Shown here: piece by piece, positions 17,276 through 25,876 of the stretch
Position numbering within the stretch: the first letter of the stretch is position 1
How the letters are laid out: each line of letters opens with the position of its first letter
Source: a virus
Taxonomy: Duplodnaviria > Heunggongvirae > Uroviricota > Caudoviricetes
Strand: one strand, 5' to 3'
Virus record (IMG/VR): IMGVR_UViG_3300032250_000070
Span: 64,001-103,660 of that record
DNA length: 39,660 nucleotides
Position numbers and translations under genes: made by a program
Notes under the pieces: generated by a model
The model's database searches: none
What the model was told of the DNA's origin: nothing
What the model saw: the letters and a program-made list of their open reading frames with translations, nothing else

Positions 17276-17698
17276 ATGGCAAAGGCTATTAAGAAGGCAC
17301 AAGGTGGTTTTGCAGCTGATCTTTTAAAGAAGAAAGCTGCCTCTGATACAACTAGAATGTATGACAGAGAAGAATTTATTAATAATATTAATAAAGGACT
17401 TAAAACTCCAAATGCTAAATCTAGTTCTAGTAAAGGAACTAAGTCTTATAAATACATAAGTCAAAGTGGTGATACTACTGCTATGAGTAAAGGAGACTTT
17501 GAAAAAAGATTTACTAAACAAAAAAGTGGTGGTAGTACTGCTAAAGATGGTAAGTGGATGCAGAAAGTATCTAAGTCTATTAAGGCTAGAGGTACAGAAG
17601 GCAAATGTACACCTATCACTAAACCTGGTTGTACAGGAAAGGCCAAAGCATTGGCTAAGACATTCAAAAAGATAGCTGCTAAGCGTAAAGCTAAATAA
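17276..17698 (+). CDS. Lys/Ala-rich basic protein 3
   Basis: KKAQGG, QKSGG, AKDG; C-terminal KWMQK...KAKALAKTFKK. Confidence 0.8.
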   Translation: MAKAIKKAQGGFAADLLKKKAASDTTRMYDREEFINNINKGLKTPNAKSSSSKGTKSYKYISQSGDTTAMSKGDFEKRFTKQKSGGSTAKDGKWMQKVSKSIKARGTEGKCTPITKPGCTGKAKALAKTFKKIAAKRKAK

Positions 17699-17699
17699 C

Positions 17700-18146
17700 A
17701 TGGCTAGAATACCTAAGACAAAAGTTTACAACCCACAGAAAGCAGAAGCTTACGTAGGTAAGAGAGTCCTTAAAAATGGGGACACTCTAAGTCCTATCAA
17801 AGGATCTATCACTCCTGTTCCTAATGGTCATCTAATTAAAAAAGATGGTACATCATTAAAGAATGGTGGTAAGACACCTGCTTGGCAACGTAAAGCAGGT
17901 AAAAATCCTGAAGGTGGATTGAATGCTAAAGGTGTAGCAAGCTATAGAGCTGCTAATCCTGGAAGCAAACTAAAGACAGCTGTTACTACTAAACCATCAA
18001 AGCTTAAAGCTGGTTCTAAAACAGCAGGTAGACGTAAGTCTTTCTGTTCTAGAATGTCAGGTATGAAAAAGAAACTTACATCTGCTAAGACAGCTAATGA
18101 TCCTAATAGCAGAATTAATAAATCACTTCGTAAATGGAATTGTTAA
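17700..18146 (+). CDS. Basic protein 4 with DUF6321-like domain
   Basis: TPAWQRKAGKNPEGGLNAKG...RRKSFCSRMSGMKKKLTSAKTANDPNSRINKSLRKWNC. Confidence 0.8.
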   Translation: MARIPKTKVYNPQKAEAYVGKRVLKNGDTLSPIKGSITPVPNGHLIKKDGTSLKNGGKTPAWQRKAGKNPEGGLNAKGVASYRAANPGSKLKTAVTTKPSKLKAGSKTAGRRKSFCSRMSGMKKKLTSAKTANDPNSRINKSLRKWNC

Positions 18147-18165
18147 AACATTAAAATTATAAAAA

Positions 18166-18633
18166 ATGGCAAAGATGAAAAAGGCTCAAAATGGTATAGG
18201 TGACAAATTAGCTGCTAAAACTGCAGAAAGAAAAGCAAAAGGACCAGAATTCAGAGAAGGTCAAGTAAAACGTATGGATAGAATCTTTGAATCTAATCCT
18301 GATAGAGCTATCAAGGTTGGTAAGAGAATGTTAAAAAGAGCTACTGCTAAAGCTGAAAATGGTACAAAGTTTGGTATGTTATCAGTGAAAGCTGGTATTG
18401 ACAAAAACCCTAAACCTACAGCAGCAGATAGAATTGCAGGTGCTAAAGGTCTTGCTAAGTCTGGTAAGAAAGTAGCTAAGAAGATGATGAAATCTGGTGG
18501 CACTGTATCTATGCAACTTGGTAGCTATGACAGACAAATTGGTAAAAACTATACAGGTAAAGCTACAAAAGCTGTAGGTTTAACTAAAGCTAAGTATGGC
18601 AAGTCTATGGGTAAGTGTAAAAGTGGTTGCTAA
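18166..18633 (+). CDS. Lys/Ala-rich basic protein 5
   Basis: KKAQNG, KAENG, AKSG, MKSGG, AKYG. Confidence 0.8.
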   Translation: MAKMKKAQNGIGDKLAAKTAERKAKGPEFREGQVKRMDRIFESNPDRAIKVGKRMLKRATAKAENGTKFGMLSVKAGIDKNPKPTAADRIAGAKGLAKSGKKVAKKMMKSGGTVSMQLGSYDRQIGKNYTGKATKAVGLTKAKYGKSMGKCKSGC

Positions 18634-18839
18634 TGAAATCAGCTAAAGTAAATAGCCAACAAGCAAAGTCAGTAAAGCCAATGACTGCAGGTAAAGCTAA
18701 AGGATCAGGTAAACCAAGACCTGCACCTAAGGTGGCTCCTCCTAAACCAGTTGATGGTAATTATATGAAGGAAGCTGATACAAAGCTTAGACTAAGAAGT
18801 AAGAATTGGCCTATGAAACAAAAAAGATTATCAAAATAA
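18633..18839 (+). CDS. Lys/Pro-rich basic protein 6
   Basis: Start moved to the ATG of the TAATG overlap at 18633. Confidence 0.75.
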   Translation: MKSAKVNSQQAKSVKPMTAGKAKGSGKPRPAPKVAPPKPVDGNYMKEADTKLRLRSKNWPMKQKRLSK

Positions 18840-18843
18840 TAAG

Positions 18844-18870
18844 AAAGCCCTCAATTAGAGGGCTTTTTTT
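18844..18870 (+). terminator. Intrinsic terminator at the convergence of the two gene blocks
   Basis: AAAGCCCTC-aatta-GAGGGC-TTTTTTT. Confidence 0.85.
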
Positions 18871-19405
18871 ATTTCTTCACTCCCCAAAAATATAAGTCTT
18901 GAGGCCATGTTTCTCTAGCAATAAACTCATGCTGTGAGAAATGGTTTTCCATATCTATCTCTTCACGAATATCTTGTTCTGTGAGATTCATGTAATAATC
19001 ATTCTCAATTTCTGATGTAAATGGAGAGTCTTGAGGTGTGGTTCTTTTAGTTCCATGTTCAGGTCTTCCTGTCGTAGCACAGCTAAACAAGAATATTCCT
19101 CCTGGTTTAGTTAAAGCAATGCAGTTTTTAATTGTATCCTTCCAGAATTCATCATGTTCAAAGCATTCAGCTGATATAACAATATCAAATCCTTCAGGGT
19201 CTTTGAACTCATGTCCTCTACATACAACGTCTACATTCTTTCCTGCTCCAATATCTACACCAATGTATTTATAGTTTGTAAATAGATATCTGTTGTTTCC
19301 ATTAATATCTAATGAACCAATATCTAACACTCTACAATTTGTAAACTTCTCAAGGAATCTATCCTTTACGTACGTCATGAACGTCCTCTGTTCTGGGTGT
19401 GCCAT
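18869..19405 (-). CDS. Class I SAM-dependent methyltransferase
   Basis: VLDIGSLDING, YIGVDIGAGKNVDVV, FDIVISAECFEH, KPGGIFLF. Confidence 0.9.
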   Translation of the reverse strand: MAHPEQRTFMTYVKDRFLEKFTNCRVLDIGSLDINGNNRYLFTNYKYIGVDIGAGKNVDVVCRGHEFKDPEGFDIVISAECFEHDEFWKDTIKNCIALTKPGGIFLFSCATTGRPEHGTKRTTPQDSPFTSEIENDYYMNLTEQDIREEIDMENHFSQHEFIARETWPQDLYFWGVKK

Positions 19406-20144
19406 TTAAATGTGTTTTTAATAATTCTAAATAATCTTTTTCCCAATAAGGAATAAGATGAACATCTCCTGTAGGAATTCTTCCCATAGTTCTTTCTCTT
19501 TCAATATGAGCACTGTGTCTTTGAATAGCATTGAGTTTACCAGGTGTATCATGACCTTGTCCACTCATATGGTATCCTCTTCCTCCCCACATATAGAACC
19601 AGCTAGCTTCTTCTTTAGGTGGTTTGGCAAACAGTCTACCTCCATATTTATGTAATGTTTCTATAAACGTCATATCATATCCAGCATTTTCAAGAGGATG
19701 TCCTCCTATTGCTTTCCAAGCTGACTTTCTAAACACAATACCAGAGTTACCTATCCAACCAACATTTTCAATACCTGTGATATGACATAAGACTCCTGTC
19801 TCCCAATGAAGAATATTTACTTCTTCTGTCATATACTTAGCTACGTTCTGTAAGTGATGTGGTAGAGCTACGTCATCATCATCCCATTGACATATAATAT
19901 CTCCTTGACATAACTCTGTAGCATAGTTTTCCTTTTCTCCTATAGTATCAAACGTTTTAGGTAGGTTGACTATCTTGATTTGAGGATGCTCAAATATAAG
20001 AGTTTGTAAGGGATAATCATTTACTATGATGAGTTCACATCTATCCTTAGGATAGTCTTGCTTGAGGAAAGACTCAATGCTCTCCTCAAGCGTGGCCACC
20101 CTTCCATAAGTTATACATTTGCATGATATAAATGGATAGTCCAT
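19359..20144 (-). CDS. Glycosyltransferase family 2
   Basis: ISCKCITYGR, ELIIVND, ICQWDDDD. Confidence 0.9.
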   Translation of the reverse strand: MDYPFISCKCITYGRVATLEESIESFLKQDYPKDRCELIIVNDYPLQTLIFEHPQIKIVNLPKTFDTIGEKENYATELCQGDIICQWDDDDVALPHHLQNVAKYMTEEVNILHWETGVLCHITGIENVGWIGNSGIVFRKSAWKAIGGHPLENAGYDMTFIETLHKYGGRLFAKPPKEEASWFYMWGGRGYHMSGQGHDTPGKLNAIQRHSAHIERERTMGRIPTGDVHLIPYWEKDYLELLKTHLNGTPRTEDVHDVRKG

Positions 20145-20145
20145 A

Positions 20146-20439
20146 TTACCAAATTTGAATTACATCAAATGGAGATATTAGAATAACACGTTCTTCACCA
20201 TCTTCAGAGATAGGAACCAATGTAGCATTGTTTAGAGCTTTTGGATCTACCAATACCCAATCCCCCACCTTGATTTCTGTAACAATGGTGCCTACTTGTA
20301 CTACCTTTAACTTAGACATCTTGTTAAGCAATTCTCTTTGTAATGCTTCTTTAGTGTTCTCGTCCACTACTAATTTGCTTTCTTCACCTTGTGCAGGTGG
20401 CAATTCTACATAAATTCTGTTTCCTAATAACTTTGGCAT
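20146..20439 (-). CDS. GroES-like co-chaperonin
   Basis: LLGNRIYVE, VVQVG...IKVGDWVLV, terminal DVIQI. Confidence 0.7.
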   Translation of the reverse strand: MPKLLGNRIYVELPPAQGEESKLVVDENTKEALQRELLNKMSKLKVVQVGTIVTEIKVGDWVLVDPKALNNATLVPISEDGEERVILISPFDVIQIW

Positions 20440-20441
20440 GT

Positions 20442-20708
20442 TTATTTGTTTAAATTGTGAAATCTTGTAATGTCCTCACCAGTCAGTGTAATCTCTGTTT
20501 GGTAAGTGTTACGTTCTCTCTTTTCACCTTTCACTTTACCTGTCTTTGGATCAATATCAGGTTTAGGTTCTGAACGCTCGTGTAAATCATCTAATACAAG
20601 AATGACTTTGTCGTCATCCACTTGCATAGATCTAATTACTTTGTTTAAATTGAAACTGTCTGTGTAGATCTTTCCATCTACTTCTCTTGTGTAAAAGAAT
20701 AAACTCAT
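20442..20708 (-). CDS. Hypothetical protein
   Basis: 88-aa ORF in a tightly packed operon. Confidence 0.7.
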   Translation of the reverse strand: MSLFFYTREVDGKIYTDSFNLNKVIRSMQVDDDKVILVLDDLHERSEPKPDIDPKTGKVKGEKRERNTYQTEITLTGEDITRFHNLNK

Positions 20709-21124
20709 TTGATTATGTTTACTTGGTTATAAAAAGAATTTGTTAAATGTTGCACTTCATATGCAAACGCTTCCTCTGTCTCTGAATTAAGCTCCATACC
20801 TGTCCAATACATTATGTTTAAGGTGGTATGAAATATTTCATGTGCTACAACACCTTTGTCTTCAGATGTAGCCATCCATATAATTGGAGATTTACCATCT
20901 ACAGTTGCAAAAGATACAGCTCTAGCATCAAAATCTTTAGATGTCACTGCAGAGTCTAGGTTTTCTTTTACATACTTAGTGGCAAATGCTACATCTTCTG
21001 TAATGAGAACTGTTACATCAAGATCAAATGTATCTCCTTTGAGAGTGAACAATTGATATCTTGTAAATGTTCCAGGTGTACATGCTGATAATAATAGCAT
21101 CAATAGTAGTAATCTATATATCAT
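20705..21124 (-). CDS. Putative lipoprotein zinc metallopeptidase
   Basis: Lipobox LLLLSA-C; HEIFH and downstream EEAFAY. Confidence 0.65.
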   Translation of the reverse strand: MIYRLLLLMLLLSACTPGTFTRYQLFTLKGDTFDLDVTVLITEDVAFATKYVKENLDSAVTSKDFDARAVSFATVDGKSPIIWMATSEDKGVVAHEIFHTTLNIMYWTGMELNSETEEAFAYEVQHLTNSFYNQVNIIK

Positions 21125-21512
21125 ACTTCTGTTTTAATTGTTCACGTCTTTTGTTTACTTCTTCGTATCTGGTAGGGTCCATCTCTACTTGGTCATGTTC
21201 TTCCCATGTCAAAAGTATGATATTTTCTTGATCCAAACAAGCTTCTGGGTATTTACTTTTAGGTAAAATGTGATGAAAGTATGTTGACAATGCTTCAGAT
21301 CCTAGAGACGCTCCACTAATCTCAGACTTATGTGGTCTTTTCTTCCAGATTTGTAAGAAGAATGTTTGCATTATAACAATATTATGCATCTCTTCTTCAT
21401 ACTTCTTAATAGGAGTTTTAAATCCTTTACTAGAAGCCAATGGTTTTCTAGGCTTGTGCATGAAACAATACTCATTATCACATTTCTTACCACAGGTTTT
21501 ACATGTAGCCAT
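21114..21512 (-). CDS. HNH-like nuclease
   Basis: N-terminal CxxC..C..H; FHHILPKS...ENIILL..EH. Confidence 0.6.
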   Translation of the reverse strand: MATCKTCGKKCDNEYCFMHKPRKPLASSKGFKTPIKKYEEEMHNIVIMQTFFLQIWKKRPHKSEISGASLGSEALSTYFHHILPKSKYPEACLDQENIILLTWEEHDQVEMDPTRYEEVNKRREQLKQKYDI

Positions 21513-21958
21513 TACTTAAGACCAGTTGATCCAAAGCCTCCCTCACCTCTTTCTGATTCTTCCAATTCAGGAACAACATCAAAAGATATAGACAAGACTT
21601 CTTCAAAGTAAATTTGAGCCACTCTATCTCCTACAGCATAAGGAAAGGCTTCATTCTTACGTGGGAATGTTTCATTCCCAATAGATGTAAAGATGGCCAT
21701 CCACTCACCTCTGTAGTCTGAGTCAATAACACCAAAGGAGTTGTTTAACACCCAGTTGAACTTGGTTAAGTTGCTGCGTGGAACAATAATACCTTTATAC
21801 CCTTTAGGTATTTCAGTCTTGAATCCAAGACCCACTGTTACTTTTCCATTGACTTCTGTTATGCTGTGAGCATATACATCATATGCAGCAGCGTGCTCGC
21901 TACCCTTGATGGGCATGCGAGCATCTTCTGTAACTTTTTGTAGTTTAATTTTCAACAT
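21512..21958 (-). CDS. dut: dUTPase (trimeric)
   Basis: AAAYDV, IVPRSNL, GVIDSDYRGE, RVAQI, RGEGGFGSTG. Confidence 0.95.
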   Translation of the reverse strand: MLKIKLQKVTEDARMPIKGSEHAAAYDVYAHSITEVNGKVTVGLGFKTEIPKGYKGIIVPRSNLTKFNWVLNNSFGVIDSDYRGEWMAIFTSIGNETFPRKNEAFPYAVGDRVAQIYFEEVLSISFDVVPELEESERGEGGFGSTGLK

Positions 21959-22982
21959 CTGCTAATTCAATTTTAGGTTCAATATGTTTAATTTTGTTAA
22001 TGATACTTTGTTTGATTTCAGTATAGAATTCTTCATTGTCTAACAACATGCGTTTGAATTCGTCAAGGTTATACTTGATTTCATTGAAGGTCATTGTTTG
22101 ACCATACTTTCTACCAAGCTCATACTCATTCAATAAATCCATGATTTCTTTCACCTTGTCAATACCTACACCATAGACAATCTCAAAACTAGTCATTCTA
22201 AATGGAGGACTCATTCTGTTCTTAGCACACTTCACTTTAGTAATGTTACCATAAGTTACATCACCATCTTTAGCAGCTGACTTAGAAACTTCTATACGAG
22301 CATCAGATGCAAACTTCAATGCATGCCCACCTTGTGTTGTAGTTGGATTACCAAACATCACACCAATCTTCTCTCTGTATTGAGAGATGACAATAACACA
22401 TGTGTTACTGATAGACATTGCAGACTTTAGTTTTGAATACACACTGCTGTTTAATCTAGCTTTCAAACCAATTGATGAATCACCCACCTCACCATCTAAT
22501 ACCTTCTTAGGAATCAATGATGAATCTGAGTCAATAATCAAAAGATCCACCTCACCAGTTCTAATCATTTCTAGTGCAACGTTAAATCCTTCTTCACCAC
22601 ATGATGGCTGAGCAATTAACATTTCTGATGTATCAACACCAATTGCTTCAAAATAGTTTTTATCAACAGCATGTTCGCCATCAATGTAAACTACTTTACC
22701 TCCTGCCTTCTGACATTCAGCAACTGCGTGACCACAAATGGTAGACTTACCTGAGCCTTCCCATCCCATAAGTTCATACAACTTACCTTTTACAAATCCA
22801 CCAGTACCTAATGTAATCCAATCAAATCCAATTGAACCTGTACTGATTACATCATAATGACCATCTGTTTTGGAATCAAGTGCAAGAACTGTACCTGTAC
22901 CATATGCTTTGTTTAATTTATCCAAAGCGTCTTGGAGTTTAGAGACACCACTGTCTGTTGGTTGTTTTACTGCTTTCGCCAT
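21945..22982 (-). CDS. recA: RecA recombinase
   Basis: ISTGSIGFD, GWEGSGKST, YIDGEHA, IIDSDSSL, TQGGHALKF. Confidence 0.95.
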   Translation of the reverse strand: MAKAVKQPTDSGVSKLQDALDKLNKAYGTGTVLALDSKTDGHYDVISTGSIGFDWITLGTGGFVKGKLYELMGWEGSGKSTICGHAVAECQKAGGKVVYIDGEHAVDKNYFEAIGVDTSEMLIAQPSCGEEGFNVALEMIRTGEVDLLIIDSDSSLIPKKVLDGEVGDSSIGLKARLNSSVYSKLKSAMSISNTCVIVISQYREKIGVMFGNPTTTQGGHALKFASDARIEVSKSAAKDGDVTYGNITKVKCAKNRMSPPFRMTSFEIVYGVGIDKVKEIMDLLNEYELGRKYGQTMTFNEIKYNLDEFKRMLLDNEEFYTEIKQSIINKIKHIEPKIELADVEN

Positions 22983-23001
22983 AATTGTTAATTTTGTGAT
23001 A

Positions 23002-23009
23002 CAAATTTA
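23002..23009 (-). promoter_or_regulatory. -7 box upstream of recA
   Basis: TAAATTTG on minus, 20 nt before the ATG; no clear -33 box. Confidence 0.55.
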
Positions 23010-23043
23010 AAACTTTTTGTGCATATTTCCATCTTTTTTCATT

Positions 23044-23082
23044 AAAAAAATTAGCCCCCAATGTAGAAACATCAGGGGCTGA
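23044..23082 (-). terminator. Intrinsic terminator
   Basis: On minus: tcAGCCCC-tg-ATGT-ttct-ACAT-tg-GGGGCTaa-TTTTTTT. Confidence 0.8.
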
Positions 23083-23106
23083 CACAATTAACGAAAAACA
23101 GAGATG

Positions 23107-23140
23107 CAAACATACGTATATATACGCATATAAATGCAAA
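23107..23140 (-). promoter_or_regulatory. Possible promoter containing a 12-bp palindrome
   Basis: TTTG, N22, TATGTTTG on minus (spacer slightly long); CGTATATATACG palindrome in the spacer. Confidence 0.4.
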
Positions 23141-23145
23141 CTATT

Positions 23146-23334
23146 TTATCTTTTATTATCTTCTGCTATCACTTGGTTACCTTTAATAGCTTTTGGCTCG
23201 TATGGACAATGTCTACAATTGTTGCCGCAGCAGAAGTTTCTCTCTCTGAGATATTTCTCTGTAAAAATTACATATCCTGCTTCAAGGTAGTAATCTACAT
23301 CCTTGACAAATTCTTTTTTATTATTGTTTTCCAT
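23146..23334 (-). CDS. DUF5522-like small Cys-rich protein
   Basis: YYLE.G..IFTEKYLRER.FCCGNNCRHCPY. Confidence 0.8.
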   Translation of the reverse strand: MENNNKKEFVKDVDYYLEAGYVIFTEKYLRERNFCCGNNCRHCPYEPKAIKGNQVIAEDNKR

Positions 23335-23872
23335 AATGTTCAGTTACAAGTTTACAAAGCTCAATAAACTCTGTATGTGACAATGTGCCTTTAAATACAT
23401 TAATAGGTTTATATACCCACTGGATATTACCATTTACATATCCTAATTTACTATCAATTCTGTCTAATGATGCATTTATTGGAGTTCTAGAATCTATATT
23501 TTTACAGTCTAAAACTAGTTCTATCCCTGTATATAGGCATTTTTTATCTTGTTTGAGATATGTTTGCCATAGTTCTTCTAAAGTTATTTCAAAAGATATG
23601 TCTCTTTTAATAGCATTATCTTTATAGTGACTATAAGTTCTACCAGATATACCTAGGTGTCCTTTCCATTGTCCATTTAAAGCACCTTTGTTTAATTGAC
23701 ACCCACAAGATTTTGTTTTGTTAGACCTAACGTCTTGTAATCTTGCAATGTGTTCATTGTTACATAATAAACATTTAAACTTCCAATATGTAACATTATT
23801 TGTTCTATGTGAGTGTTCTATAGCTTCTAAGCTATTGTACACATCACCCTTTTTTGTACTAGTCTTTAGCAT
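23321..23872 (-). mobile_element. Free-standing HNH-type homing endonuclease
   Basis: WKFKCLLC...TKSCGC, KCLYTG, ASLDRIDSKLGYVNGNIQWV..INVFK. Start moved to ATG 23872, after its own promoter. Confidence 0.8.
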
Positions 23873-23890
23873 ATGAGGATCTTGTTTGCA

Positions 23891-23922
23891 CAAATGTACA
23901 ACAAAATCCTCATATTACCAAA
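23891..23922 (-). promoter_or_regulatory. Bacteroidota promoter for the HNH gene
   Basis: TTTG (23922-23919), N20, TACATTTG (23898-23891). Confidence 0.8.
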
Positions 23923-23929
23923 TTTATTT

Positions 23930-25789
23930 TTACATTTCTAAAGAACAAGCTCCTCCAGCACAACTTGCCACCTGACCAAAGTCTACAGTGTCATCTAGTT
24001 CCATCACCTTAGTTAAGTCAAGGGAACTTAATGCATTAATACGTGCATTATATTCTTCTTCTGTAATGTCCTCGAAAGGAGCTTGTTTGTAAGTGTGGTC
24101 AAATGCTGGTAATACAGAAAGACCATTGTAATATTGTTGTTCAGTCCACATCCAATCTCCTACAGTTTCCCATTCTCCTTCTCTAACAGATATTGTTGCT
24201 GAGACGTTATGTGTATTAGCACCATCAATATGTCCTGCTTTGACCCATTCTGTAGAGAACTTCTTAACACGCTCTAGCGTATCAATTGCTGTTTCTTTAC
24301 GTAGAATAGAGTCTTCTGGAGCTTTAACAGGGATACGTACACACAAAGTGTCTGTAGGACGTAATACATCATCTTCACACAACTCTGGGTGATTGATCAT
24401 CAAGTATTGTGCAAGGTCTTCATTCTTATTAAATCTCATTGTACGTAGGTAGTAAGGAGCATGCCAAGCATGGATACCACTTGCTGTACCTAACACTAAT
24501 GATGTTGTTCCTGAAGGCTTGATACATGTAATACGAGCTGCTTCATTTGTACCAATAATCTCAGTGATTAATTGATTTGTCTTCTTAGCCACAGCTGCTG
24601 CCACTTCTAGATTGTATTTCAATACTTCACCAGAAGCAATACCAGTCATACCAATGCCTAATAGAGCATCTCTAAAGGTTGTCATCTTCCATACGTCACG
24701 TAGGTAGTGGAAATCAGTAAAGCCTGCTTGTAATGTACCAAAGAATGCAGCTGCTGTCACTCTATCATTAAGATCTTCCTGACATGTAATATCAGACACA
24801 TTCACCTCACATAGGTTACAGAACTGATATGGACGTAATCCAATCTCACAACAAGGATTAGTTCCCCAATCTAAGTCATTAGACCAATAGATACCTGGTT
24901 CACCACTTCCTGATGCTTCAATACGTTTCCATAAGCTTCCAAACTCTTCTTGTGATGTCTCACCTCTCTTAAGCACAGCTGAGTTATTAGCTCTACCTCT
25001 TTGCTCATTCAACTCCCACCAGTTACCATACTTACATGTAATCATTTCTTCATCATCATGGCTGAATAGAGCAATCATTGCTGATCTTCTAATACCACCA
25101 GCTAACACAGAGTTAGCAATGAAACACAAGATGTCGTGAGACTCTAGTGGTGTAAGCTTTGATCCATGTTCTTTACGCTCCATAATAGCATCAATGTGTG
25201 CTAAACAGATCTTTAATGGTTCTGGACCAGGTGCTTTACCACCTGCAGTTACTAATCTTGCTCCTTTGTGTCTAATAGCTCTAAAGTCAAACTTAGGCTT
25301 AAGACCACCTTCAAAATAAAACTTCATCAAGACCTTCACAGCATCAGCCCAGCCCATGATAGAATCTTCAATAAGCCAGTTTCTGTGCTTAAATTTCTCA
25401 TTCTTAACAATGGTAGGTAGTTGGTCTACGTGGTGCTTCTGTACAGAATAACCTACACCTGTACCTCCTAACAATAGGAACATAGTCTCACTGAAGCTAT
25501 GAACACTATCAATTGGTAGGAAACAACAGTTGTAGATTCTTGAGTTGTTCACTTCAGCTGCAGCACCTGCAAACTGTAGAGCTCTCATAGAAGGCAAAAC
25601 TTTCTTCTTTCTGATAAATGTAGCACTGTCTTTGATTTCTTTCTCTAGATTAGGATATTTCTTGACCATCATTGCCTCATATCTATCTACTATCTCGTCC
25701 CATGTCTCTCTTCTCTTTAGCTCAGGGATGTACTTTGCGTACTTGCTAAAAATTGTAATCTTGCTCAAGGCATCTAATCCTAAATCCAT
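23930..25789 (-). CDS. nrdJ: Class II (adenosylcobalamin-dependent) ribonucleotide reductase, monomeric type
   Basis: NCCF, GGIRRSA, GTNPCCEI, CNL, IKPSGT, C-terminal CAGGAC. Start at MDLGLD (25789). Confidence 0.92.
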   Translation of the reverse strand: MDLGLDALSKITIFSKYAKYIPELKRRETWDEIVDRYEAMMVKKYPNLEKEIKDSATFIRKKKVLPSMRALQFAGAAAEVNNSRIYNCCFLPIDSVHSFSETMFLLLGGTGVGYSVQKHHVDQLPTIVKNEKFKHRNWLIEDSIMGWADAVKVLMKFYFEGGLKPKFDFRAIRHKGARLVTAGGKAPGPEPLKICLAHIDAIMERKEHGSKLTPLESHDILCFIANSVLAGGIRRSAMIALFSHDDEEMITCKYGNWWELNEQRGRANNSAVLKRGETSQEEFGSLWKRIEASGSGEPGIYWSNDLDWGTNPCCEIGLRPYQFCNLCEVNVSDITCQEDLNDRVTAAAFFGTLQAGFTDFHYLRDVWKMTTFRDALLGIGMTGIASGEVLKYNLEVAAAVAKKTNQLITEIIGTNEAARITCIKPSGTTSLVLGTASGIHAWHAPYYLRTMRFNKNEDLAQYLMINHPELCEDDVLRPTDTLCVRIPVKAPEDSILRKETAIDTLERVKKFSTEWVKAGHIDGANTHNVSATISVREGEWETVGDWMWTEQQYYNGLSVLPAFDHTYKQAPFEDITEEEYNARINALSSLDLTKVMELDDTVDFGQVASCAGGACSLEM

Positions 25790-25811
25790 GTTTAATTGTG
25801 TTTTGTTAGTT

Positions 25812-25861
25812 AAAAAATAAAGGGGGGTTGCAAATTTAATGCATCCCCCCTTATAAACCAA
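25812..25861 (-). terminator. Terminator hairpin overlapping the nrdJ promoter
   Basis: On minus: AAGGGGGGATGCA-ttaaatt-TGCAACCCCCCTT-tatttttt. TAAATTTG (25838-25831) lies in the loop/3' stem with TTG 20 nt upstream. Confidence 0.75.
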
Positions 25862-25876
25862 GAGAATTAGAAAATT

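Noticed and set aside
22939-23139. 66-aa minus-strand ORF upstream of recA
   Set aside because: It runs through a terminator and promoter boxes and overlaps recA out of frame; better explained as regulatory DNA.
21945-25789. Inteins or introns in recA and nrdJ
   Set aside because: Both have normal lengths and continuous motifs.
25790-25876. Cobalamin riboswitch upstream of nrdJ
   Set aside because: The gap is only 87 nt, is mostly taken up by one hairpin, and shows no B12-box.
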